Part shown: in pieces, positions 35,306-45,576 of the stretch
Position numbering within the stretch: the first letter of the stretch is position 1
Layout: each line of letters starts with the position of its first letter
Source: an uncultured Acidobacteriota bacterium
Lineage (GTDB): Bacteria; Acidobacteriota; Thermoanaerobaculia; Gp7-AA8
Length of the DNA stretch: 64,000 nt
Reading direction: 5' to 3'
Assembly (NCBI GenBank): GCA_963822445.1
Contig: CAWGHO010000001.1
Span: 352,001-416,000, forward strand
Program-made: the position numbers and the translations under genes
The notes under the pieces: model-generated
Told to the model about the DNA's origin: nothing
Database searches by the model: none
The model's input: only the letters and a program-made list of their open reading frames with translations

Positions 35306-36721
35306 TCACAGCCACTTCACGGTGAAGTCGATCAGCTTCTCTTTCAGCTTTCCGCGGTACGGCGGGAACAGCAGCTCGATCGCGCTGAACTTCAGCCGCT
35401 GGTCGAGCACGCCACGCGCGTTCGAAAACTCCTGGAAACCGGCGAAGCCGTGCGAGCGGCCGAAGCCGCTCTGCCCCACTCCGCCGAACGGCAGGTCGAG
35501 CGCGTAGAAGTGAATCATCGTGTGATTGAGCGCCGTGCCGCCCGCGCTGGTGTTGGCGAGAATCCGCCTCAGCACTTTGCGATCGCGGCTGAAGACGTAG
35601 AGCACGAGCGGTTTTTCGCGCGCGCCGATCATCACGAAGGCATCGTCGAGCGTGCGATAGGTCATGACCGGCAGCAGCGGTCCGAAGATCTCTTCCTGCA
35701 TCAGCGCCGTGTCCGGCGGCACGTCGGTGAGCACGGTCGGTTCGACGGCGCGCTCATGGAACGTTCCGCCGATCAGAACCCTGGCTCCGCGCGCAACGGC
35801 AGCATCGAACAGCTTCTTGATCCGGCCCGCGTGGCGATCGTTTACGAGAATCCCGCGCGATTCGCTGCCGAGGGCTTCGATCGATGCACGCAGTTTTTCG
35901 TTGAACTCCGCGGCCACGCTTTCATCGACGAGCACGTAATCGGGCGCGACGCAGATCTGGCCGCAGTTGAAGAACTTGCCCCAGGCGATCTTCTTCGCCG
36001 CCTCGCCGAGATCCGCGGTCCGGTCGACGATCACCGGAGATTTCCCGCCCAGTTCGAGCGTCACCGGCGTCAGATGCTCCGCCGCGGCCTTCATCACGAT
36101 GCGTCCAACCGCGGGACTGCCGGTGAAGAAGATGTGATCGAACCTCTTCTGCAGCAAAGCTGCGGCGACGGAAGCGTCCCCTTCGATGACCGCGACCTCG
36201 TCTTCCTCGAAGAGATCGCCGAGGATCCGGCGCATGCAGGTCGTCGACTCCGGCGTCATTTCCGAAGGCTTGAGGATGGCCGTGTTCCCGGCGGCGATGG
36301 CCGAGATCAGCGGGCCGAGGGTGAGATTGAAGGGGAAGTTCCACGGCGAGATGATCAGCACCGTGCCCTTCGGCTCGTAGGCGATGCGCGATTGCGACCC
36401 GAAAAGAGCGAGCCGCGTCGCCACGCGCTTCGGCTTGATCCACGACTTCAGGTGACGCCGGGCGTGACGGGCCTCGCTGACGACCGGATAGATCTCCGAG
36501 AGGTCGACTTCCGCCGCGGGCTTCCTGTAATCGGCCCACATCGCCGCGCGAATTTCGTCGCGCCGCGCGTGCATGGCCTCTTCGAGCCGCCTGATCTTCG
36601 CGATGCGCTGTGCCGCCGTCGTGGAGGCGACGGCGGCACGATTGTTTCGTTGCGCTTCGTAGACGCGCTCGATGTCGGCGAGCGCGGAGGAACTTTCGAA
36701 AAGACGGGCGGCTACGGTCAC
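35306..36721 (-). CDS. Aldehyde dehydrogenase (ALDH3/CalB-like)
   Basis: PWNFP, FTGS, LELGGKSP, GQICVAPDY, EEIFGP. Confidence 0.93.
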   Translation of the reverse strand: MTVAARLFESSSALADIERVYEAQRNNRAAVASTTAAQRIAKIRRLEEAMHARRDEIRAAMWADYRKPAAEVDLSEIYPVVSEARHARRHLKSWIKPKRVATRLALFGSQSRIAYEPKGTVLIISPWNFPFNLTLGPLISAIAAGNTAILKPSEMTPESTTCMRRILGDLFEEDEVAVIEGDASVAAALLQKRFDHIFFTGSPAVGRIVMKAAAEHLTPVTLELGGKSPVIVDRTADLGEAAKKIAWGKFFNCGQICVAPDYVLVDESVAAEFNEKLRASIEALGSESRGILVNDRHAGRIKKLFDAAVARGARVLIGGTFHERAVEPTVLTDVPPDTALMQEEIFGPLLPVMTYRTLDDAFVMIGAREKPLVLYVFSRDRKVLRRILANTSAGGTALNHTMIHFYALDLPFGGVGQSGFGRSHGFAGFQEFSNARGVLDQRLKFSAIELLFPPYRGKLKEKLIDFTVKWL

Positions 36722-36736
36722 CGCGAGATTGTATCG

Positions 36737-37483
36737 CTAGGGAAAAATGATCTCGGCGACGTTCGAGAACTTCGCGAAGATGATCTTGCCGCTCACGTGA
36801 TCGCGCGCGATGAAGTCGATGCTGTAGCCGCCGCACGAGTCGGTGAAGTACAGCGGCGTGACCTCGCCGGTCTTCAGCGTGGCGTTGATCTTCTGCGGCG
36901 TTCCGGTGCCGCCGCAGCACGCGCCGGCGGTTTCATTCGTGGCCGGACCGGTGATGCGCGAGAACTGGATGCGGTTGAGCACCACCGTCGTGCCGTCGGG
37001 CTTGCAGAAGTCGTCGTGGTCGCTCTTGATGTAGCTGCTGAACGGAGGAACGTAGCCGAACTCCACGCTCTCGTTGTCGACGTCGTGCTCGGTTCCGTCG
37101 ATGAGGCGAAGTTTCACGGTCGGCGTCGGCTGCACGCGCAGGGTGAGAGCGTGCGGACCGGGACCGCTGATCGGCTGGCTGAGAACGGTGTAACCGCTGC
37201 GCTCGACCATGAGGTCGGCCTGGCCGTAAATCGTCGTGCTGAGCTGGAACGAGCCGGTGGTATCGGTGCGGTCGAAGCGGTTGCCGACTTTGACGGAGGC
37301 GAACACGACCGGTGCGTTGGTGACGGCATCGAGCACTTTGCCGGTGATGGTGACGTTCGTTCCGGGGGCGGCGGGTGAAGGATGCTGAACCGCGCGGCGC
37401 TTCTGCGCGAAGGCGGGCACGGTCAACAGGAGCGCCGCAATCGCGACGGCAGACTTCCAGCTACGGTTTTTGGTTGGGTTCAT
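36737..37483 (-). CDS. Secreted protein with carboxypeptidase-regulatory-like domain
   Basis: Signal peptide (AFA-Q), KRRAVQHP, ITGKVLDAVTNAPV...ASVKV. Confidence 0.7.
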   Translation of the reverse strand: MNPTKNRSWKSAVAIAALLLTVPAFAQKRRAVQHPSPAAPGTNVTITGKVLDAVTNAPVVFASVKVGNRFDRTDTTGSFQLSTTIYGQADLMVERSGYTVLSQPISGPGPHALTLRVQPTPTVKLRLIDGTEHDVDNESVEFGYVPPFSSYIKSDHDDFCKPDGTTVVLNRIQFSRITGPATNETAGACCGGTGTPQKINATLKTGEVTPLYFTDSCGGYSIDFIARDHVSGKIIFAKFSNVAEIIFP

Positions 37484-37683
37484 GAGTCTCCTCGGTGTGA
37501 TCTAAAGCTGCGACGATTGGAAGCGCCGCGGAGTTTCGCCGGATGGTAACACTGCACATTGGTTATACGCATGAACGCACGGGTCTGTTGGCTATACTCC
37601 CGGCCGAACGATTGCACCGCACCACCAGCGAAGTGCAACCGACCTGCAACATCCCGCCATCAATTCACTTTTCGGAGGTTGTC

Positions 37684-39579
37684 ATGCGCACACTCCCGCT
37701 GACCTTCGTCGTTCTGGCCGTGCTCGCGCTCGCCGCGTGTACGACCGCGACCACGCCCGTACCCGAGCCCGTTCCCGCGGCTGTCGTGGAACCCGCGCCT
37801 GCTGCCGAGGCCACCGCGACTCCGCCACCACCTCCCGGCCCGACGGTCGAAGAGGCAACCCGCTTCGCGAATGAAGCCGAAGCGCGGCTCGCCGCGATGA
37901 ACGTCGACGCGCAACGCGCGGCGTGGGTGCAGCAGACCTACATCACCGACGACACGCAGATCATCTCGGCGAAAGAGAACGAGAAGCTGATCAACGCCGG
38001 TGTCGAGCTCGCGAAAGGCGCGGCCCGCTTCGACAACCTCGAGCTGCCGTACGACACGCGCCGCAAGCTGGAGACGATCAAGCTCGCCCTCACCTCGCCC
38101 GGTCCGTCGGATCCCGTGCTCACCGCGGAGCTCGCGCGCATCGGCGCGCAGCTCGATGCGATGTACGGCTCCGGCAAGTACTGCCCGGAGGGGAAGACAG
38201 GCGACGACTGCCTCGACATCAACGAGATCTCGAACATCCTCCGCACCAGCCGTAAGCCGGATGAGCTGCTCGACGCCTGGCGCGGCTGGCACTCCATCTC
38301 CCCGCCGATGCGCGAGAAGTACACGCGCTTCGTCGAGCTCATGAACCAGGGAGCGAAAGAGCTCGGCTACGCGGACGTCGGCGCGATGTGGCGCGCGAAG
38401 TACGACATGACGCCCGAGCAGTTCGGCGCGGAAGTCGATCGCCTCTGGAACCAGCTCAAGCCGCTCTACGACTCGGTGCACTGTTACGTGCGCTGGAACC
38501 TCACCAACAAGTACGGCGAGAAGGTCGTGCCGCCGGGCCAGCCGATTCCCGCGCATCTTCTCGGCAACATCTGGGCGCAGGAATGGGGCAGCATCTACGA
38601 CCTCGTCGCGCCGAAGAACGCCACGCCGTCGGGCTACGACCTGACCAAGATCCTCCAGTCGCGCAAGGACATCGACGAGCTGGAGATGGTCCGCATCGGC
38701 GAGCGCTTCTTCACCTCCCTCGGATTCGATCCGCTTCCGAAGAGCTTCTGGGAAAAATCGATGTTCACCAAGCCGCGCGACCGGGACGTGGTCTGCCACG
38801 CCAGCGCCTGGGACGTCGACGACATCGAAGATCTCCGTATCAAGATGTGCATCGAGAAGAATGCCGAGGACTTCAACACCATCCATCACGAGCTGGGGCA
38901 CAACTTCTATCAGCGCGCGTACAACGAGAAGCCGTACCTCTACAAGAACAGCGCGAACGACGGCTTCCATGAAGCGGTCGGCGACACGATCGCGTTGTCG
39001 GTGACGCCGGCGTATCTGGTGAAGATCGGGTTGATCAAGAAAGAGCCGCCGGCGTCGGCCGACATCGCTCTGCTGCTGCGCGACGCGCTCGACAAGCTGG
39101 CCTTCCTGCCGTTCGGCGTGCTCATGGACAAGTGGCGCTGGGGCGTCTTCTCCGGCGAGATCACGCCCGCGAACTACAACAAGGCCTGGTGGGAGCTGCG
39201 CGAGCAGTACCAGGGCATCGCTCCGGTGGGAACTCGCGGCGAAGATCTCTTCGATCCGGGCGCGAAGTACCACATCGCGGGCAACGTGCCGTACGCACGC
39301 TACTTCCTGGCGCGCGTGCTTCAGTTCCAGTTCCATCGCGCGCTCTGCCAGCAGGCGGGCTATCAGGGACCGCTCAACCGCTGCTCGATCTACGGCAACA
39401 AGGAAGCGGGCGCGAAGCTGGAGAAGATGCTGGAGATGGGCATGAGCCGTCCCTGGCCGGATGCGCTCGAAGCGGTGACCGGTCAGCGGCAGATGGACGC
39501 CACCGCGATCGTCGACTACTTCCAGCCGCTGCTGGTCTGGCTGGAGGGGCAGAACAAAGGCAAGACATGCGGCTGGTGA
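37684..39579 (+). CDS. M2 metallopeptidase (ACE-like peptidyl-dipeptidase), lipoprotein
   Basis: Lipobox LAAC, IPAHLLGNIWAQ, VCHASAW, HHELGH, GFHEAVGD, FDPGAKYH; GGAGG RBS. Confidence 0.95.
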   Translation: MRTLPLTFVVLAVLALAACTTATTPVPEPVPAAVVEPAPAAEATATPPPPPGPTVEEATRFANEAEARLAAMNVDAQRAAWVQQTYITDDTQIISAKENEKLINAGVELAKGAARFDNLELPYDTRRKLETIKLALTSPGPSDPVLTAELARIGAQLDAMYGSGKYCPEGKTGDDCLDINEISNILRTSRKPDELLDAWRGWHSISPPMREKYTRFVELMNQGAKELGYADVGAMWRAKYDMTPEQFGAEVDRLWNQLKPLYDSVHCYVRWNLTNKYGEKVVPPGQPIPAHLLGNIWAQEWGSIYDLVAPKNATPSGYDLTKILQSRKDIDELEMVRIGERFFTSLGFDPLPKSFWEKSMFTKPRDRDVVCHASAWDVDDIEDLRIKMCIEKNAEDFNTIHHELGHNFYQRAYNEKPYLYKNSANDGFHEAVGDTIALSVTPAYLVKIGLIKKEPPASADIALLLRDALDKLAFLPFGVLMDKWRWGVFSGEITPANYNKAWWELREQYQGIAPVGTRGEDLFDPGAKYHIAGNVPYARYFLARVLQFQFHRALCQQAGYQGPLNRCSIYGNKEAGAKLEKMLEMGMSRPWPDALEAVTGQRQMDATAIVDYFQPLLVWLEGQNKGKTCGW

Positions 39580-39905
39580 GTGTCGTCTTTCACGACGATT
39601 ACTCAGAAAAACTTCAGAAACTCGCCTTCCGCACGCCGGTCTGGATCGTCGACACCACGGCGAACCGGGCCGCTGCGGAAGGCGCCTGGCACGAGGCGAC
39701 GGAGTGGCCGCACATCTCGGTCACTCTGTTCCGCTTCGACGACTGGCCGTCGCTGCTCGAGCAGATCGCGTTTCAGGTGCGCGGTGTCGACGCGATCGAT
39801 GCCATCGGGACGACGTTGACGCTGCCCGCGCGGGCTGCGCTGGACGAGGCGGGATTCGAACGCGTCGACGAGAACGCGAATGGGTTTCGGGCGCGGAAAA
39901 CATAA
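39576..39905 (+). CDS. Hypothetical protein
   Basis: GTGA overlap with the M2 stop; plausible globular sequence. Confidence 0.6.
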   Translation: MSVVFHDDYSEKLQKLAFRTPVWIVDTTANRAAAEGAWHEATEWPHISVTLFRFDDWPSLLEQIAFQVRGVDAIDAIGTTLTLPARAALDEAGFERVDENANGFRARKT

Positions 39906-39980
39906 TCCCGCCACATTTCGAACCCCGACTTTCCTTCATCCCTCCCTCCCCTTGACGCGATGCGGACCTCAAATGTCTGC

Positions 39981-40712
39981 ATGTCAGAAGCAAACAACTA
40001 CCGCCTCGAGCGCTGGATCGCGGCGATTCTCTTCCTCCTCTTCTTCCTCCCCTTCGTCGCCAACGCGGACGAGATCCTCTTCACCGACCTCTTTCACGGC
40101 GATCAGATCAAAGCGAAAAGCGGCGAGAGCTATCTCGCGCTGGTGTGCAACGAAGACAACGATCGCTGCGTTCTGCAGCCGGTGAAGATTCAGGTGACGC
40201 CTGAGTTTCACCCCGTCGTCGACGCGGACGACGAGCGCACGGGCAAGCGCGTTTCCGCTCCGGGCGTGGAGATGGTCTATCTCCTTCGTAGCGCGCATCT
40301 CTCAGCCGGCCCAGTCACCGGCGCGCGCCCTTCATTCACCGAGCTTCTCCCGGTCAGCAAACCGCAGCCGATCACCCTCGGCACGACGAAGTACGTTCTG
40401 CACTACCGCTGCACCAGCGCGCCCGACCCCGACGGCTACGTCGACTGCATGCTCGTCCTCGACGGCAACGGCCTGACTCAGGTCCTGGCGACGTTTCCGG
40501 CGCTGGACGAAGACGGCAAACTGAGCTCGCTCGACGTCGAGCAGTACGTCGTGTTCGCCGGCGATCTCGATCACGACGGAAAGCTCGACCTCCTTGCGAA
40601 CATCGCCAGCCGCTGGAACGAATGGCGCCCCGCGCTGTATCTCTCGAAGGCCGCGCGCGAGGGGGAGCTGGTCGGGAAGGTCGTGGAGTGGCTGGTGGAC
40701 GTCGGTTGCTAA
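39981..40712 (+). CDS. Secreted hypothetical protein with one FG-GAP/Ca-binding-like motif
   Basis: Signal peptide (ANA-D), FAGDLDHDGKLDL, paired Cys. Confidence 0.65.
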   Translation: MSEANNYRLERWIAAILFLLFFLPFVANADEILFTDLFHGDQIKAKSGESYLALVCNEDNDRCVLQPVKIQVTPEFHPVVDADDERTGKRVSAPGVEMVYLLRSAHLSAGPVTGARPSFTELLPVSKPQPITLGTTKYVLHYRCTSAPDPDGYVDCMLVLDGNGLTQVLATFPALDEDGKLSSLDVEQYVVFAGDLDHDGKLDLLANIASRWNEWRPALYLSKAAREGELVGKVVEWLVDVGC

Positions 40713-42313
40713 GTTCTCAACAACTCCCTCACCCGTCGCGCGATCTCCTCTTCCCCATCAACGGCGATGTCCCGTTCGCGTTCCGCGGCGTCGAGCATCG
40801 AGCGCAGCGCGCGATAGGCATCGCCGCGATCGCTCGCTTCGTTCATCAACGCGGGATTCACCCGCGCGTCGATTGCCGCACGGATCTCCGTCGCGGTCTT
40901 GCCTCCGACGATCGCATTCGCTTCACGACGCACGGCCATCTCGCGCAGCAATCGCGGGAGTCCGACGCCAGCCAGTAGCAGCGCCAGCGCGCCACCGGCG
41001 ACCCACGGCACGACGTCCGCCGGCTCGCGCGTCGCTTTCGCCGATTGCGCCGGCGTCTGGCCCACCGGCAACGCAGCCGCGCGCGCCTCCAGGGTGGCCG
41101 CTTCGCATCGCACTTCTTTCCGCTGTTCGGTGGCCGGAGAGAACGTGCGAAGACTCATCGGCGGCACGTACAGCAATCCTTCGCGCGCCGGAAAAATGAG
41201 GAATCGCCAGTGACGGGCCATCGCGGCGCTGTTCTCTTCCCGCGAGACCGTCACTTCGCCGCCTTCGATCTGCACGTTTCCTTTCAGAGGCTCCGCAAAC
41301 CGCGGCGGCGGCACGCCGCGCAGATTCGCCTCTGCCGCAACGGTCACCTGCACGACCACCGGCCCGGCATTCTGCTGGCGCGGCGGCTCGCACTTCAGGA
41401 TCACCTCGCCGACCACATCGACAGGCGGCCCGGCCGGGAGAGGCTTCGCCGCGACGGTGATCGGCGCCGAGGTGAAGCTGGTCTCGACGAGCTCTCCATT
41501 GAATCCGGCGAAAACTCCCGTGCGATACCGGCGCATCACCGCCGCCTCGACGGCCAACCCATCTACCTTCAGCGATCCGCTGCGCAACGGATAGAGCACG
41601 ACCCGCCGGATCGGAACGCGTTGCATGAGAACGTCGCCCACGTAAACGCGCTCGGCGGGCTCGTTCCGCACCGGCACTTCCTCGGTCCAGAAATCCTCCA
41701 GCTTTGGCACGGACACGACCTGCCATTGCTGCACGTTCACGGCGTTGTACAGATACCAGGTGATGCGCACCGGCTCCCCGGCAAAAACCGCGGTCTTGTC
41801 GATCTCCGAAATGACGAACACCGGATCTCGACCGCTCGCGCTGAGGTCGCGCAGCAGCGAGTCGGCGTCATTCGAGCCGAACGCGCGATCGGCCACGACG
41901 TCGAGCACGATCTGCGGCAAGGTCTCCTTCCCGCCGTCGTCGGCGCGAATGAGCATCGGTCCGACCAGGGCCTTCCCCGGCGCAATCGGTCGCACGCGGA
42001 ATCGAAAGACTTTCCGCCGCGTGACCTGGCCGTTGATCCAGGCGAATTCGGACGACACCCACGGCTCGCCGACGATGGCCAGGTTCTCGAGCGGCGGGCT
42101 GGCCGCCTCGACTTCGGCGAACGAGCCTTCGAGCGACAGCGTGACCGTGGCCATGTCGTTCATGCGCAGCGTGCGGGCGTCGACCGTGAGTTGATTCGCG
42201 TACGCGTCCGCCGGCGAATGCAGAATGCAGAATGCAGAATGCAGAAAAAATGCGACGCGTAAGGCCCGCCATCGCCACTTCTGCATTCTGCATTCTGCAT
42301 TCTGCATTCTCAC
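40709..42313 (-). CDS. batD: BatD family protein
   Basis: WINGQ, VFAGEPVRITWYLY, VLYPLRSG, C-terminal TM; last gene of the MoxR-Bat operon. Confidence 0.8.
   Translation of the reverse strand: MRMQNAECRMQKWRWRALRVAFFLHSAFCILHSPADAYANQLTVDARTLRMNDMATVTLSLEGSFAEVEAASPPLENLAIVGEPWVSSEFAWINGQVTRRKVFRFRVRPIAPGKALVGPMLIRADDGGKETLPQIVLDVVADRAFGSNDADSLLRDLSASGRDPVFVISEIDKTAVFAGEPVRITWYLYNAVNVQQWQVVSVPKLEDFWTEEVPVRNEPAERVYVGDVLMQRVPIRRVVLYPLRSGSLKVDGLAVEAAVMRRYRTGVFAGFNGELVETSFTSAPITVAAKPLPAGPPVDVVGEVILKCEPPRQQNAGPVVVQVTVAAEANLRGVPPPRFAEPLKGNVQIEGGEVTVSREENSAAMARHWRFLIFPAREGLLYVPPMSLRTFSPATEQRKEVRCEAATLEARAAALPVGQTPAQSAKATREPADVVPWVAGGALALLLAGVGLPRLLREMAVRREANAIVGGKTATEIRAAIDARVNPALMNEASDRGDAYRALRSMLDAAERERDIAVDGEEEIARRVRELLRT
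42216..42311. repeat. Inverted tandem-heptamer element (GAATGCA / TGCATTC) in the batD 5' coding region
   Basis: gaatgca x4, spacer, ttctgca x4 ttct. Confidence 0.93.
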
Positions 42314-42933
42314 CAGCCCACCTTGGCCTCGCCCGATCTCGCCTTCATCCGCCGCAGCTCTTCCTGTTCCTGCTGCTGCACGGAGCGAAGCAACGCCTCG
42401 AGATCGATGTCCCCCGGCTTGGGCTGCTGTTGTCCCTGATTTCCGGGCGCCTGTTGCTGCTGCTGCCGTTCGTTCTGCTTGTCCGGGCTCTGGCTGTCTT
42501 TCCCACTCGCACCACTTTGTTGCGCCCGCTGGCGTATCAACGCAATCTCGAGATTGCGCTTCGCCGCCCCGTCGTTCGGCCGCAGCTTCAGCGCCTCGGT
42601 GTAATCGCGCACGGCGTGATCGAACGCTTTCGCCGCTAGGGCGCTGTTGCCGCGATTGAAGAACGCATCCGCGCGCAGCACCGGATCCTTCAGCGCCTCG
42701 GATAGCGTCGTCGAGCCACGTTCGCGATCGCCGGCCGCGATCTGGGCGGTGCCGAGGTTGAAGGCACCGCGTGCCGAGGGTTTGAGCGTTTGTGCCTCTG
42801 AATATGCCGCCACCGCGTCCTCGTACTTCGATCCGGCGTAGGCCTTTTCACCGCGCGTTGCCGCGGCGTGGGAGTTCGTCTCGCGGAGAAACGGCGCGAC
42901 GGAGATGGCGAGAATCGCGAGCAGAGTTTTCAT
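42310..42933 (-). CDS. BatC-like TPR protein
   Basis: AFNLGTA, AFFNRGNS, AKRNLEIA, Q-rich linker, terminal W. Confidence 0.82.
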   Translation of the reverse strand: MKTLLAILAISVAPFLRETNSHAAATRGEKAYAGSKYEDAVAAYSEAQTLKPSARGAFNLGTAQIAAGDRERGSTTLSEALKDPVLRADAFFNRGNSALAAKAFDHAVRDYTEALKLRPNDGAAKRNLEIALIRQRAQQSGASGKDSQSPDKQNERQQQQQAPGNQGQQQPKPGDIDLEALLRSVQQQEQEELRRMKARSGEAKVGW

Positions 42934-43880
42934 TCAGCTCCTCGATTCAGGACGGATCCGGCGATCAACAACAGGAACGCGAGGCCGAGCGGCCATTGAT
43001 AACGCTCGATCGGTACGCGGGCGTGGGTCTGCCGCTCGCGGCCTTCGCCCGATCGATCGAACAAAGCATCGAGCGCACGTTCGCCGAAGGGGTTCTCGAG
43101 CATCAACCCGCCGGTGCCGGACGCGATCTCGCGCAACACTTCTGACCGCGCGTACGTCGTCACCACTTCACCGGCATCGCGCAAAGGGCCGCGCGAAGTC
43201 GGAATGGTGCTTCCCTCCGCGGTTCCGATCAGCACCGTCGACACCGCCGTGCCGCGCTGCTTCGCGCGCTCGATCGCTTCCTTCACGCGGCTGCCCTGAT
43301 CCTCGCCGTCGCTGAGCACGACGATGTCGGCCTTCTGCGTGGGGTCGGCTTCGATGAGTCGGAGTGCGCCGAGGATTGCGTTGCCGATGTCGGAGCCGGC
43401 CTGGCCGATCTCGCCTGTTTGCAACGTGTCGAGCAGCGCGACGACGGCTTCCGTATCGGTCGTGAGCGGCGAGACCACGTCCGGAGCTCCTTCGAATACG
43501 ACGAGCGCGATGCGGCCTGGTTGCGCGTCGGCGAGGCGCTTGGCGATCGCCTTCGCCCCGCTCAGCCGCGACGTCCCGACGTCCTCGGCGCCCATGCTGT
43601 TCGAAACATCGATGACCAGCACGCGATTCGATTCACGCGCGGTGATGGGAATCAGCGTGAAGCCTGCGGACGGCCCCGCGAGCGCGATCACACCCGCGGC
43701 GATGGCCAGAGTGATGATCCACGGCCGCAACACGCGCGCCGGCGTGGTCACGCCGCGCAACCGCTCCGACGCAAATCTGCGGGCGATGCGCGTGCGCAGC
43801 TGCTCGCGCGCAAACAGAAATGCGAGCGCGAACGGCACCAGCGCCAGCAGCCAGAGCAGAGTCATGCTGCGGAAGGTCAT
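42930..43880 (-). CDS. BatB-like VWA domain protein
   Basis: DVSNSMGAED MIDAS, SPLTTD, LSDGED. Confidence 0.87.
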   Translation of the reverse strand: MTFRSMTLLWLLALVPFALAFLFAREQLRTRIARRFASERLRGVTTPARVLRPWIITLAIAAGVIALAGPSAGFTLIPITARESNRVLVIDVSNSMGAEDVGTSRLSGAKAIAKRLADAQPGRIALVVFEGAPDVVSPLTTDTEAVVALLDTLQTGEIGQAGSDIGNAILGALRLIEADPTQKADIVVLSDGEDQGSRVKEAIERAKQRGTAVSTVLIGTAEGSTIPTSRGPLRDAGEVVTTYARSEVLREIASGTGGLMLENPFGERALDALFDRSGEGRERQTHARVPIERYQWPLGLAFLLLIAGSVLNRGAE

Positions 43881-44884
43881 GCCGGCACCTTCAGCCAGAG
43901 CGTTTCGCCCGCGAACAACGCCAGTAAGAGCAGTGACAGGCCGGCCGCGAGCGGCCAGACGTACAGCTCATCGATCTGCTCGCGTTTCGGCGCAGTCAGG
44001 CGCGTCTTCTCCAGCGTGTCGATGCGTTGCAGCACCGCGCTGAGCGCACGCGCGTCGGTGGCGCGGAAAAAGTCGCCGCCGCTGGTCCGCGCGATGGCGC
44101 TCAACGTTTTCTCATCGAGCTCTCCGCGGATGTGCGTGTAGACCGTTTCCACCGCGCCGGTGAACGGATTCTGCCGTCGAACGGGAAGCGGAACCGGACC
44201 TTCGCTGCCGACGCCGATCGTGTAGACCTTGATGCCGCTGCGCGCAGCGAGCTCCGCGGCGACCAGCGGCTCGATGGAGCCGGAGTTGTTGACGCCATCG
44301 GTGACCAAGATGATCACCCGGCTGCGCGTTTTCGACGTCCGCAGGCGATTGACCGCCGTCGCGAGCGCGTGACCGATGGCCGTCCCATTTCCGTGCTCGC
44401 CAATCTCCGCCCGATCGAGAATCGCCTCGGCGATCCGCCGGTCGTATGTGATCGGCACGCGCGTCGCCGCGCGGCTGCCGAAGGTGACGATGCCGATGCG
44501 GTCATCGGTGCGGCGGCGGATGAATTCCGCGATCAGTTCCTTGGCCACGGTGAAGCGATTGCGCGGGCGGAAGTCTTCAGCGGCCATCGATCCCGAGGCG
44601 TCGAGGGCGACGACGATGTCGATGCCGAATCGGTCGCTGGCGGCGACCCGCACCACGCGCTGCGGCCTCGCCAGCGCGACGATCACGAGCAGCAACGCCA
44701 GCATCTCCAGCACGAACGGCAGGAGCGCCGTTCGCACGCGAGCCCCGCGCGCCGGCGCGACGAGCGAAAGCGAGGAAAAGCCGAAGGCGCCGGTGCGCGC
44801 GCGCAGATCGCGCCAGAGCATGACGGTGCGGGCGATCACGAGAATCGCGAGGGCGAAGAAGAGTGGATGGGCGAAGCGGGTCAT
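43877..44884 (-). CDS. BatA-like VWA domain protein
   Basis: ALARPQ, DASGSMAAEDF, GTAIG, VTDGVNNSG. Confidence 0.9.
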   Translation of the reverse strand: MTRFAHPLFFALAILVIARTVMLWRDLRARTGAFGFSSLSLVAPARGARVRTALLPFVLEMLALLLVIVALARPQRVVRVAASDRFGIDIVVALDASGSMAAEDFRPRNRFTVAKELIAEFIRRRTDDRIGIVTFGSRAATRVPITYDRRIAEAILDRAEIGEHGNGTAIGHALATAVNRLRTSKTRSRVIILVTDGVNNSGSIEPLVAAELAARSGIKVYTIGVGSEGPVPLPVRRQNPFTGAVETVYTHIRGELDEKTLSAIARTSGGDFFRATDARALSAVLQRIDTLEKTRLTAPKREQIDELYVWPLAAGLSLLLLALFAGETLWLKVPA

Positions 44885-45576
44885 GACGCGAGCCTCAATG
44901 CCCGATCCGCCACCTCATCGAAATCCTCCGGCTCCGCGCCGGTGAGCGAGAACTTCTCCAGATCGCCCTGCCGCAAGATCGCGCGAACGATCCGCTCTTC
45001 CTCGCGCAATCGCGCCACGAGCTCCGTCGTCGTCAGATCGCTTCCGAGTTGCGGCCTCGTTTCCGCGAGGTAGGCGCGCGTCGCATCAGCGAGCGCCGCC
45101 CAGCGCTCCGGCTCGCGTTTCGCGGCGATCACCGCGCGGCGGAAGCGCTCATCGACAGGCATCGGCGGCGCGAGGGGCTCCTCCCTGCGTTTGCGCGAGA
45201 ACCACCCCGCCGCGAACCACGCGGCGATCGCGGATAAAGCCGCGACACCGATGGCGATGAACGGCGCGCGCGGATAGGGAACGCGTTGCGGCGGCCGCAG
45301 CGGCGCGGGCTTGAGATCGTCGTCCGGCTTCAGCACCGATTTCATCGGCACGACCAGATTCTGAAAGCGGACGTTGCCCATCGTCCCGCTCAGAGCGAAC
45401 GGTATCGGCAGGAACGAGCGGATCACCACCCGCGCGCCCTGCTGTTCGACGAGCTCGTATTCGCTCGACGCGTCGAGCACGACCGCCGCGGGAAACTGAA
45501 TGACGATGCGATCCCCCACCGTCGGCCGCGCGGGCTGGAACGTGGCGCTGACGACGGCAAGGATGACCAGGATCAT
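44881..45576 (-). CDS. Bat-operon membrane protein (DUF4381-like)
   Basis: Operon position, single TM, LTTTEL and DLEKF motifs. Confidence 0.7.
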   Translation of the reverse strand: MILVILAVVSATFQPARPTVGDRIVIQFPAAVVLDASSEYELVEQQGARVVIRSFLPIPFALSGTMGNVRFQNLVVPMKSVLKPDDDLKPAPLRPPQRVPYPRAPFIAIGVAALSAIAAWFAAGWFSRKRREEPLAPPMPVDERFRRAVIAAKREPERWAALADATRAYLAETRPQLGSDLTTTELVARLREEERIVRAILRQGDLEKFSLTGAEPEDFDEVADRALRLAS

